A DNA stretch of 33,411 nt from Chlamydiia bacterium. Its GTDB lineage: Bacteria > Chlamydiota > Chlamydiia > Chlamydiales > 2-12-FULL-49-11. Positions 18,117-26,734 of the stretch are shown in pieces (position 1 is the stretch's first letter; each line of letters begins with the position of its first letter). A model generated the notes under the pieces. The model was not told the DNA's origin. It saw only the letters and a program-made list of their open reading frames with translations, and ran no database searches. The stretch spans positions 1-33,411 of the forward strand of contig JBIKLZ010000007.1 of NCBI GenBank assembly GCA_044359535.1, given 5' to 3'. Made by a program: the position numbers and the translations under genes.

Positions 18117-19730
18117 ATGAAGAGAATTGTGATCCTTGGAGGGGGTTTTGGAGGTGTTTATACAGCCCTAGCCCTTGAAAAACTGTTAAAAAAAGAGCGG
18201 GAATCTATTGAAATCCTCCTTGTAAATAGAGAGAACTATTTTACCTATCAACCTATGCTTGCTGAAGTTGTAGGAGGCTCTATTGACATTTTAGATTCTG
18301 TAACATGCCTTCGATCATTATTAAAACACACCTCTATTTACATTCGCGAAATCACAGATATTGATATTAAAAAGCAGTTAATCACCCTTTCTCCAAATTT
18401 TTCTCATAAAGACACCATCCTTAGCTACGATCATCTCGTGATTGCTCTTGGAAATGTGACCGACTTTCGAAAAAGCCCTGGAGGGCTTGCTGAACATGCC
18501 CTTGCTTTTAAAGATCTATCTGATGCTGTGGCTCTTCGAAATCGAATTATTGATGTGATTGAAACAGCGGCTCAAGAGTCTGATCCTGAAGAGAGAAAAG
18601 CCCTTCTTACCTTTGTTGTAGGCGGTGGGGGATTTTCAGGTGTTGAGGTGGTTGCAGAAATTAATGACTTAGCTAGAAAAAAGGTAAAAAGCTATAAAAC
18701 CATTCGACCCGAGGATATCTCTGTAATATTAGTGCACAGTCAAGATCGTTTAGTGGACAAAGAACTATCCCCATCTTTAGGAAAATATTGTGGTCGACTG
18801 CTTGAAAAAAGAGGGGTAAAAATTTTATACAATAAGAGGCTTATCTCTTGCTCCTCTTACGAAGCCATTATTGACAGTGGGGAAAGAATTAAAAGTAGAA
18901 CCGTTGTTTCCACTGTCCCATCTATAGAAAACCCTTTGATTGAAAAATTGGATTTAAAAAGGCGCTCAAAAAAAATTGAATGTGATTCTACATTGCAAGT
19001 GTGTGGATATGACAATCTTTGGGCAATTGGTGATTGTGCATTAATTCCAAGATCCCCTCAAAAGGAAAATCAATACTCCCCTCCCACCGCCCAATTTGCT
19101 ACAAGGCAAGCCCCCATCCTAGCCCATAATATCAAGTGTTCTCTTTTAGGGGGGAAAAAAAAGCTCTTTACTTTTAAATCCTTAGGAGAAATGGCAGCTC
19201 TTGGTCATAGAAAAGCTGTCGGAGAGATTTTAGGGCTAAAAATTTCTGGAATAGTTGCATGGCTTATATGGAGATTTGTCTATTTGATGAAAATTCCTGG
19301 TCTTGCTTCAAAGCTTAGAGTTTCCTTTTCTTGGTTCTTAGAAATGCTCCTTCCCACAGATACAGTCCAACTTAAGTCGAAAAATAAAAGTGGCTTTGAA
19401 AAATTATACTATAGCGATGGAGACATCATTTTTCAAGCAGGTGATATTGGAGATTATCTTTACATCATCGCTGAAGGGTCTGTAGAGGTCATAAAAGATG
19501 ATCAAACCATTACTACTTTAGGAAAAGGGGAATTTTTTGGTGAAATAGCCCTCATCTCAGAAAAAAGAAGGACAGCAACCATTAAAGCTCTTGGACCTTG
19601 TAAGGTTCTTGCCCTTAAAAAGCAGGATTTTGATGTCCTTATGACCCATTTTAAGGATTTAAAGGAACACTTTCTTTTTACAGAAGGATCGCGGTTAGAT
19701 GATCTTAAGAGGAAAGCTTCTGGAGAATAG
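18117..19730 (+). CDS. ndh: Type II NADH dehydrogenase-like FAD oxidoreductase fused to a C-terminal cyclic-nucleotide-binding domain
   Basis: GGGFGG and GGGGFSGVE Rossmann motifs, YDHLVIALG, WAIGDCA, PPTAQFA; C-terminal IFQAGDIGDYLYII.EGSVEV...GEFFGEIAL..RRTAT. ATG 18117 (MKRIVILGGG) preferred. Confidence 0.88.
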   Translation: MKRIVILGGGFGGVYTALALEKLLKKERESIEILLVNRENYFTYQPMLAEVVGGSIDILDSVTCLRSLLKHTSIYIREITDIDIKKQLITLSPNFSHKDTILSYDHLVIALGNVTDFRKSPGGLAEHALAFKDLSDAVALRNRIIDVIETAAQESDPEERKALLTFVVGGGGFSGVEVVAEINDLARKKVKSYKTIRPEDISVILVHSQDRLVDKELSPSLGKYCGRLLEKRGVKILYNKRLISCSSYEAIIDSGERIKSRTVVSTVPSIENPLIEKLDLKRRSKKIECDSTLQVCGYDNLWAIGDCALIPRSPQKENQYSPPTAQFATRQAPILAHNIKCSLLGGKKKLFTFKSLGEMAALGHRKAVGEILGLKISGIVAWLIWRFVYLMKIPGLASKLRVSFSWFLEMLLPTDTVQLKSKNKSGFEKLYYSDGDIIFQAGDIGDYLYIIAEGSVEVIKDDQTITTLGKGEFFGEIALISEKRRTATIKALGPCKVLALKKQDFDVLMTHFKDLKEHFLFTEGSRLDDLKRKASGE

Positions 19731-20322
19731 CTTGAAAAAAGGCATCCTTATCCTCGCATTTTTCCGTTTCCAAAATCTTTAAGAGAAGGTTTTTTTGAGC
19801 CTCATCAAATCGTCCTAAGCTCGGCAATAAATCCTGATGCATGACAAAAAGCTCTTTGACAGAAAAAACTCCATAAATCCACCCCCTTTCTTTAAATTCT
19901 TGAGAATCTTCAATTTCTTTTAAAAGGATGGCATACAAGAAAAGCTCTTTAAAAGACTCTTTCGAAACACTTTCTTCTTTAAAAAAGGGCTTACATTGGT
20001 CATGAAGGGTAGAAAAGTGATGAAAACTAAAAGGGACTTTGAGTCCATTATTCTCAATAAGATCAAGGTAGTCTATATAACTTCCTGAAATCAGCGCATT
20101 AAAAAATATCAAATCTTTGACAACTGCATCATACTGCTTTTCCCCTTTTAACCAGGATAGCTCTTCAAAGATGTGACTATATTTATCCCCATTTTGTGAA
20201 ACGATCCCTTTTGAAAAATCTTTAGAATATTTAAACTGTCTTTTTTGATGAGGCTGTTGCACCAAAAAGATCGCGACAAAAAGCAAACCTAAAAAAAAAC
20301 CTATTCGATTCAAAAATTTCAT
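19705..20322 (-). CDS. Hypothetical protein with N-terminal membrane anchor
   Basis: 205-aa ORF filling the gap between two genes; single N-terminal hydrophobic helix. Confidence 0.6.
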   Translation of the reverse strand: MKFLNRIGFFLGLLFVAIFLVQQPHQKRQFKYSKDFSKGIVSQNGDKYSHIFEELSWLKGEKQYDAVVKDLIFFNALISGSYIDYLDLIENNGLKVPFSFHHFSTLHDQCKPFFKEESVSKESFKELFLYAILLKEIEDSQEFKERGWIYGVFSVKELFVMHQDLLPSLGRFDEAQKNLLLKILETEKCEDKDAFFQAILQKLSS

Positions 20323-20401
20323 AGTTTGATCTTATAAAGAGTTTCAAGAACAGTCAATAAAAAAAGTTCTTTTTTTCTCTTTGTTCCCCTATACTTTATT
20401 T

Positions 20402-20809
20402 ATGTCTAATTGTCCCTGTCATAGTCAAAAAAAATATAGAGAGTGTTGCGCCCCATTTCATTTAGGTGCAGCCCCTGAAAATGGCCTTCTTTTAATGCGG
20501 TCAAGATATTCTGCCTATAGCCTAGGACTTGTAAAGTACATAATTGAAACAACTCATCCACAATCAAGATTTTATTGCACCAATAAACAAGAGTGGGAGG
20601 GAGAAATTTTAGAATTTTGCAAAGCCACTGTTTTTCATGACTTATTGATTTTACAACATATCTCAACCCCAACGCTAGAAACTGTCACTTTTAGGGCTAT
20701 TCTTTTTGAAGGGGGGCACGATATTAGTTTTACTGAAAAGAGCACCTTTTTAAGGTACAACGGTCGTTTTACCTATTTTGAAGGGGAAATAATAGATCGC
20801 TCCCATTAA
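20402..20809 (+). CDS. ychJ: YchJ family (SEC-C motif + NTF2-like) protein
   Basis: CPCHSQKKYRECC..FH, LMRSRYSAY, TTHP, EKSTF. ATG 20402 preferred. Confidence 0.88.
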   Translation: MSNCPCHSQKKYRECCAPFHLGAAPENGLLLMRSRYSAYSLGLVKYIIETTHPQSRFYCTNKQEWEGEILEFCKATVFHDLLILQHISTPTLETVTFRAILFEGGHDISFTEKSTFLRYNGRFTYFEGEIIDRSH

Positions 20810-21964
20810 CGAAAAAGCCATACTCATTGTAAAAATGAGAGGCGGACTTAAGGTGTGCATCAAAAACCACCCAATCATTGGGCCAATAAGCCCTCTTATA
20901 CCCACCATCACAGTATTGATCCCTAGGTAGCGGGAAGAGGGCTCATTTTCAGAAAATAAAAGGGCTGATAAATGCCAAATCAAATGACTTCCGGCTTGTG
21001 CCACTCCATAAATAAAATAGGCGAAAAAAAGAGAGTATAGGGTCATTGAAGAGAAAAGAAGGAGAAATGAAAAAAGAGCAAAGCCTAGTAAAACTAAACC
21101 CACAAAGGCCCTTTGAGAAAAGCTTTTTAAAAACCCACTCCATAATGGGGTTGTTAAAACAAAGCCCAACGCCTTACATATAGAAAATGCAATCATTAAA
21201 TCAGAATAGCTCACCAATAAGCGCTGGGTAAAATAGATAGGAATGACTGGTTGAATGATCATCAAGCCGATCCCTCCGATCATAAAAGCCCACTGAAATC
21301 TCCTAAACTCTTGATTTTTTATCATAAGGTGAACAGAATCCTTCAAAGGATTAAACAGCTGTATTTTTAGCCCCCCCCCTTTTTGCACAATCTGATCGTT
21401 ATCAATTAGAGCAGCTTGTATAAACATTGCAGCAAGAGAAAGGGCTAACCCTATAAAAAAAGGAAATTTCCAAGCCAATGGATGTTTATCCAACATTGAA
21501 GAAAAAAAGATTGTATATAACACCCCTGTTGAATAACTAAGGATCGACCCTAAAGAAAAAGAGCTTTCCCAATCCTTTTTTTCTATATTTGTCTTGATCA
21601 CTTCCATCCAAGCCGGAATTTGAGCCCTTGTAAAAATCATGTGTACTGTGGCTCCACAGATATAGAGTAAAACATTATCTGTAATAAGGGCAGGGATAAA
21701 TCCCACCGTTGCTAAAATCCCGCTCCAACGCATTGCGTTTTTCAATGTGATCGATTTTCTTGTGACACATTCACTAAAATAAAATGAACAAAAGGCACTT
21801 ATGGGTCGAAGCATCGAAAGAAGGACTATTTCAGAGGCAGTGGCCCCTAAATCTTTTAACAAGAAAAAGGGTAAGAGGGGAAAAATACAGGCAAAAGGTT
21901 CTTTTAAAATTGAGGCAATAATAATTGCAATATGTGCTTTTTTGTAACTGAGGTGAGTGATCAT
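20750..21964 (-). CDS. MFS transporter
   Basis: 404 aa, about 12 TM segments, GIRGLIGPMIG in the C-terminal half. Confidence 0.8.
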   Translation of the reverse strand: MITHLSYKKAHIAIIIASILKEPFACIFPLLPFFLLKDLGATASEIVLLSMLRPISAFCSFYFSECVTRKSITLKNAMRWSGILATVGFIPALITDNVLLYICGATVHMIFTRAQIPAWMEVIKTNIEKKDWESSFSLGSILSYSTGVLYTIFFSSMLDKHPLAWKFPFFIGLALSLAAMFIQAALIDNDQIVQKGGGLKIQLFNPLKDSVHLMIKNQEFRRFQWAFMIGGIGLMIIQPVIPIYFTQRLLVSYSDLMIAFSICKALGFVLTTPLWSGFLKSFSQRAFVGLVLLGFALFSFLLLFSSMTLYSLFFAYFIYGVAQAGSHLIWHLSALLFSENEPSSRYLGINTVMVGIRGLIGPMIGWFLMHTLSPPLIFTMSMAFSLMGAIYYFPFKIGKTTVVP

Positions 21965-21984
21965 CTAGTGTTGATTTACCTTAA

Positions 21985-22806
21985 TTATATCAATTTTTTT
22001 TGCTCTGCTAAAAGCAATCCATAGGATAAATAGGAATCCTTCATCAAACCTTTTACTTTTTTTCCTTTTAATTCAACATCAACATACCCTTTAGAAAGTC
22101 CATTTTTAACTTCATCAATAGACAGTTCAATAAGACCTAGTACAGCTTCAGAATAATAGGGTCTATTAACCCCCTTTGAAGTCACCTTTGCTAGATAGTA
22201 AGGCATAATCATAGCACTTGTCCCTGAGTCAGGGGCAATATCCCCTAAATAGACTAATTCAGAAGTATGAATTCCTGTTTCATAGCGAAGTTTTTTTTCT
22301 GCGGCAACAAGCAATGGTTCACTATTTTCGACACTCCCTCGAGGAATTTCTACCGACCAATCCCTAAGAGCATGGCGATAAATCACAAGAAGAACAATTT
22401 TTTTTTCTTTAGTGACAGGGAGAAAAGCGACCCCATTGTTTGGATGTTTTCGAACTTCGCTTGTTTTTATTAATCGATCATAGGTCCCTGTTGCCCCTGC
22501 TGGAAAAATGACTGCATCGCGGATCCAAATCCAATATTTGTCTTTAGCGATAATTCCAATTTTTGAATGATCATTTGCCTCTTGTTTTGATTCCCCTTCA
22601 GCCATAAATCGTTTAACTTGCATCTTAGAAATTTTTTCTACAGTTTTTTTTTCTACTACAATTTCGATTTCTCCATCTTTGTAGTTTCCTAATTTTGCAA
22701 GTTTTGGGTTCTGTTTTAAAAACTCAAGATATTCAGTAAATTGCTTTTCATCAATATCGGAAAAAAGGGCTCCGAAAAAAAGGAGACACGTAAAGAAATA
22801 ATGCAT
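21985..22806 (-). CDS. NUDIX-fold protein with signal peptide and degenerate Nudix box
   Basis: WIRDAVIFPAG..GTYDR, YRHALRDWSVEIPRG, YLG..APDSG; the box reads G-X5-E-X7-KKLRYETG. Confidence 0.8.
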   Translation of the reverse strand: MHYFFTCLLFFGALFSDIDEKQFTEYLEFLKQNPKLAKLGNYKDGEIEIVVEKKTVEKISKMQVKRFMAEGESKQEANDHSKIGIIAKDKYWIWIRDAVIFPAGATGTYDRLIKTSEVRKHPNNGVAFLPVTKEKKIVLLVIYRHALRDWSVEIPRGSVENSEPLLVAAEKKLRYETGIHTSELVYLGDIAPDSGTSAMIMPYYLAKVTSKGVNRPYYSEAVLGLIELSIDEVKNGLSKGYVDVELKGKKVKGLMKDSYLSYGLLLAEQKKLI

Positions 22807-22839
22807 TCTAAAACCTTTATTTTATCATTGGAAATCTTT

Positions 22840-24183
22840 TCATGCTATCGTATCAATACCCTTCTTATAAAGCAATGCTACTGTTTCTACATGGAAGGTT
22901 TGAGGGAACATATCAAAGGGGATCGCTTTTGATAGCACATATCCTTTGGAACAAAGGAGGGCAATATCTCTTGCAAGGGTTGCTGGATCACATGATGTAT
23001 AGACAATTTTTTTAGGTCCAATTATAGAAAGAGCATTGATAACATCCTCATGAACCCCTTTTCGAGGGGGATTAATAAAAATGGTATCAAAAGCTGAAAG
23101 TGAACCCACCTTTTCTTCTACCTTTCCCTCAATAGCACAGATGTTAACCCCATTTTCTAAGGCATTCACTTTTGTATCTTTTACTGCTTCTTTAAAAGAT
23201 TCAATAGCAGTGACTATCGCCCCCATTTTTGCTAAAAAAATAGCAAAAAGACCAATGCCTGAATAGGCATCTAAAACTTTATCCCCTTTTTTTATTTGTG
23301 CAAGCTCATAGGCAGCCTTATATAAGAGGGTAGCACATGGGGTATTAACCTGAAAAAAGGAAAGTAATGAGCCTTTAACTTTTACCCCTAGATTTTCTTC
23401 AACTAATTCCCCATCCCCTTCTAAAACTTCTAACGACTCTGGATAGATACTATTTGTTGCCTTGCCCTTTTTTCCATACACAACCCCTTTGACCCCATCT
23501 ATTGCAAAAAGTTCCTTTGCTACTTTCTTCAAAAGTTGAGTGGGTTTAATAAGGCCAATGATTCCAATAATCACCTTATTTTCTAATTGACTACTTCGAA
23601 TAACAAGGTGTTGTATCTCCCCTCTTTTTGTCTTTTCGTTATAAAAAGTTAGCGGGCACTCAAGCAATATTTTTCTCACCTCTTTATAGATGGTATCAGC
23701 TTTTTCAACATGTAATAAGCAACTTTCTATCGAAATAACCTCATGACTTCTTTTTTTAAAAAATCCCATTATCTTAGTTCCAAAGACCTCTAATAAAGGG
23801 AGGGTGATCTTATTTCTATACCCATAGTTTTGTCCGGTAAATCTACATTTTTCAACAGGTGGGTCTATAATTTTTCCAATCCGAGTAAGGGCATCAATCA
23901 CACGTTTGGTTTTTAATTCCCTCTGTAATTCTTGCTGAGCATGTTGTAGCGAGCACCCCCCACACTCATTAAAATAAGGGCATGGAGCCTTTGTCCTAAA
24001 GGGGGAAGGAGAAATAATCTGTAGAAGCTTTGCCGTTGAATAGGTGCTTTTTTTCTCCATCACCTCTACTTCAACTTCTTCCCCCGGAAGAGCCCCATCA
24101 ATAAATAAAACACCCCTATCGCTTAAGGCAATACCCTCACATGTTGTGGTAAGATCTTTAATATGCACACGTCTTTTTTCCAT
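22840..24183 (-). CDS. rlmD: 23S rRNA (uracil-C5)-methyltransferase RlmD/TrmA family
   Basis: TRAM domain (GALPGEEV), CPYFNECGGCSLQH, YRNK, SFFQVN, NPPRKG, YTSCDPATLARD, DMFPQTFHVE. Confidence 0.93.
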   Translation of the reverse strand: MEKRRVHIKDLTTTCEGIALSDRGVLFIDGALPGEEVEVEVMEKKSTYSTAKLLQIISPSPFRTKAPCPYFNECGGCSLQHAQQELQRELKTKRVIDALTRIGKIIDPPVEKCRFTGQNYGYRNKITLPLLEVFGTKIMGFFKKRSHEVISIESCLLHVEKADTIYKEVRKILLECPLTFYNEKTKRGEIQHLVIRSSQLENKVIIGIIGLIKPTQLLKKVAKELFAIDGVKGVVYGKKGKATNSIYPESLEVLEGDGELVEENLGVKVKGSLLSFFQVNTPCATLLYKAAYELAQIKKGDKVLDAYSGIGLFAIFLAKMGAIVTAIESFKEAVKDTKVNALENGVNICAIEGKVEEKVGSLSAFDTIFINPPRKGVHEDVINALSIIGPKKIVYTSCDPATLARDIALLCSKGYVLSKAIPFDMFPQTFHVETVALLYKKGIDTIA

Positions 24184-24250
24184 GGGAACAAGGATACTTC
24201 TTGCTCGATTAGATTGCACTATTAAACATTTTTTGATAGTTTCAAAAAAT

Positions 24251-25075
24251 ATGTTTAAAAAAGCTACTCCCTTACTTTTGATTTTTGTCTCCTTTTTGTC
24301 CTACACCTGTCAGAGGCTTGATGGTTCATTCACCCTTTTATCCAAGGGTCTTGTAAAAGCAGGTCCCATGATCTTTTTTAAAGAAATTTTTTCTTTTCCA
24401 GTTCAGTCTATTGTTTTTGCTTGTTGTCTTTATCTATTTATTATTACAATTGCCCCAAAATTCTCCCTCCTTTTTACAAGCGGATGTTTGCTTTTATTCT
24501 ACTATCTCTTTTTTAGTCCGACATTAATCTATTCCTATTTTGGTGCCTTAGTCCTTCCTTTTGCAAACCCGTTTAATGAAAAAAAACAATCTGAGCACCT
24601 TTTCTATGCTTTATTTTTTTTAACCCTTCTACATACTGTCTCTGCCGTTCATCTTTCAACCCTCTTTTATGGAATTAATAAGCCCCTGCTTCTTATGGCT
24701 ACAGCCCCTTTTATATTCCTTATCTATTTAGGTAAAACAACGATCTATCCATCTAAAGTGACCCTTTGCTTAATTTTTCCCTTAACAATACTGCCAGTAT
24801 CCTACTGTGTTCACAACACAATCTCTCTAGATTTCTTATCTATTTATAATTATGGCTGTTTGATAAGTACCCTTATCTTTCTTTTGGAAAAAAGGGGGAT
24901 TTCTGAACACTTAGCTTTATCCTTTTTCTCCATTTGTGCAGTGGCTCTTTGTCCTAAAGAGGCCTTTTTCCCTTTTATTTGGACCCCCCTTATTGGGTTA
25001 ATCACCCTGCATTATAAAAAAAGGGGAAGGGGCTTATTAACATCGAGAGCTTTTATACCGGTTAAGCTTGTATGA
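24251..25075 (+). CDS. Polytopic membrane protein of unknown function
   Basis: Highly hydrophobic ORF; ATG 24251 (MFKKATPLL) avoids overlap with rlmD. Confidence 0.6.
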   Translation: MFKKATPLLLIFVSFLSYTCQRLDGSFTLLSKGLVKAGPMIFFKEIFSFPVQSIVFACCLYLFIITIAPKFSLLFTSGCLLLFYYLFFSPTLIYSYFGALVLPFANPFNEKKQSEHLFYALFFLTLLHTVSAVHLSTLFYGINKPLLLMATAPFIFLIYLGKTTIYPSKVTLCLIFPLTILPVSYCVHNTISLDFLSIYNYGCLISTLIFLLEKRGISEHLALSFFSICAVALCPKEAFFPFIWTPLIGLITLHYKKRGRGLLTSRAFIPVKLV

Positions 25076-26234
25076 AGACAAAAGTTCCCTGCATTTTTTC
25101 AATTTTGAACAGATAGCCTTGATCCACAAGTGGGTTAAGAACCTTCACCACCCAACTTTTATCTTCATACTCAATCAATTCTGGATGATTTAAATCTATT
25201 TTCAGGTATCGCTTCTTTTGAACATTGTGGCTGGATCGATTATTTGTAATCATTTTATTGATAAGGTCAATCAAAATCATAGCCCCTTCCCTGAAAGGAT
25301 CTAATCCCAGCTGATTGACAGCCTCTTTATCGATTAATTTTTTATTGTCTTTAAAAACACCCATTTTTTCATAAAAATTTTTTAACCTTTCTAACGACTC
25401 GATCCTTTGGTAAGCCTTTTCTTGAATACTAAGAAATGTTTTCCTGTTTGTGTCTGCAATTCCTGTTTTCTTAATTTCACTAAAAGCAACATCTAATTGC
25501 CTTTTAGAACAAAGACATCCCACCAATCCACGTCTACCCTTATTTCCACCAAAATAACCAATCCACGCCCCTTCATTTTCTTCTAGATCAATAAGAGCGA
25601 TTTTTTTAGTTCCATTGATTATAGGAATATTTTCATATTTAACATCAGAAAATCCAGTATAATTGATGAACCAAACAAGCTCCTTAATTGTAGCATCTAA
25701 ATCTCGATCTTATTGATATATTTGTTTTTGCGCTCCTTTTTCAATCCTAATATCCATATGTTCTTCAACAATCCAATCAATACCTTCTATTTGCACAGCT
25801 CTTGACCGGGGAATAGTAAGATGAGTAAAATGATGATCAACACACACTCTTTTAGCCTCTTTTGCTTTCTCTAAACGGTCTTGAACCCATTGGTTACCTC
25901 TAGATATCTGTTTAGTTTTTTGATTTTCTCCTTTAATGATCAACGATGGAAAATCTTCCAACCTAAAAATGCAATTCCTCCCCCCTTTGACCCAGGTGAT
26001 CGCATCATTTGCTTTTCCCTTCTCTATGATAGGCATTAATTTTTTGATTAAAGAGGCTATCCCTGATAAAAGGTCCCTCTCATTTTTTGTATAATTCATA
26101 GCCCATATCTTAAAAAAATGTATTGCAAAAGCTGTTATTAAAAACATAAGTAGCTTTACCTCTTCCCCTTCCAAATTAGGGTACGAAGAACTTTCAATTT
26201 TAGGTGTGAATAAATTTTTTTGAATATAATCCAT
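25062..26234 (-). pseudogene. Kinase-like (APH/PKL-fold) putative effector interrupted by one in-frame TAA at 25710-25712
   Basis: ORFs 25710-26234 and 25062-25526 are in the same frame and the intervening 61 codons are open (DRDLDATIKELVWFINYTGFSDVKYENIPIINGTKKIALIDLEENEGAWIGYFGGNKGRRG). Confidence 0.75.
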
Positions 26235-26269
26235 TATTATTTTTTTATAAATTTTTAATTAGAATAAAA

Positions 26270-26313
26270 ATTATAAAAGATTTATATTTTTATTCAAAGA
26301 AAAATAATTATTA
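26270..26313 (-). promoter_or_regulatory. Promoter of the kinase-like gene with upstream TAATAATTATTTT motif
   Basis: Minus strand TAATAATTATTTT (26313-26301), TTGAAT (26297-26292), 16 bp, TATAAT (26275-26270). Confidence 0.55.
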
Positions 26314-26562
26314 TGTAAGGGTTTTTTAGAAATATCCCCTTTTCTTTAAATAGAAATGTCCCCTTTTGGGACTACTAAGGTAAGCAATTATGGGAGGCGC
26401 TAGCCATGGAAAGGTGTATTTATTTGATTATGAATGAGTTAAAACGACTAGAAATAGTCAAAAAAGTGATAGAAAAGCGATTAAAGCAGACAGAAGCTAG
26501 CGTAAAGCTGCTAAAACGATGAGTTAAACAATTTAGAGCCCATAAAGAGGATACGGCTTACA
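26314..26562 (+). mobile_element. Truncated IS1202/ISNCY-like element remnant (copy A): left end plus 5' transposase fragment
   Basis: Starts TGTAAGGGTTTTTTAGAAATATCCCC with a second TAGAAATGTCCCC sub-repeat; GGAGG RBS; ATG 26406 gives MERCIYLIMNELKRLEIVKKVIEKRLKQTEASVKLLKR* (HTH start typical of these transposases). Highly similar to 27835-28083. Confidence 0.8.
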
Positions 26563-26653
26563 TTACCCTTTTAAAGTCCCCAAAGACCATGAAATTACCA
26601 TTCTACTATTTGAAGTTTTTTGTATCGCTCCATTTTTTACTGATAATGGTTCT

Positions 26654-26684
26654 AAAAAAAGGGGTAAATAAAATATACCCCCTT
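26654..26684 (-). terminator. Rho-independent terminator of the Inc-like/DUF4116 gene
   Basis: Minus strand GGGGTA-loop-TACCCC followed by T7. Confidence 0.7.
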
Positions 26685-26734
26685 ATCAATAGAATTTAAA
26701 ACTCTAAATGTAGTAAGCAATAGCTAGAGATCCA

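Noticed and set aside
25710-25712. Stop-codon recoding or alternative genetic code
   Set aside because: The codon is TAA (not Sec/Pyl), and TAA, TAG and TGA all terminate conserved genes in this window.
26290-26320. dif/XerCD site beside the IS ends (TTATGT resembles a XerD arm)
   Set aside because: TGT belongs to the IS end, and no TTATGTTAAAT arm or 11-6-11 structure is present at either copy.
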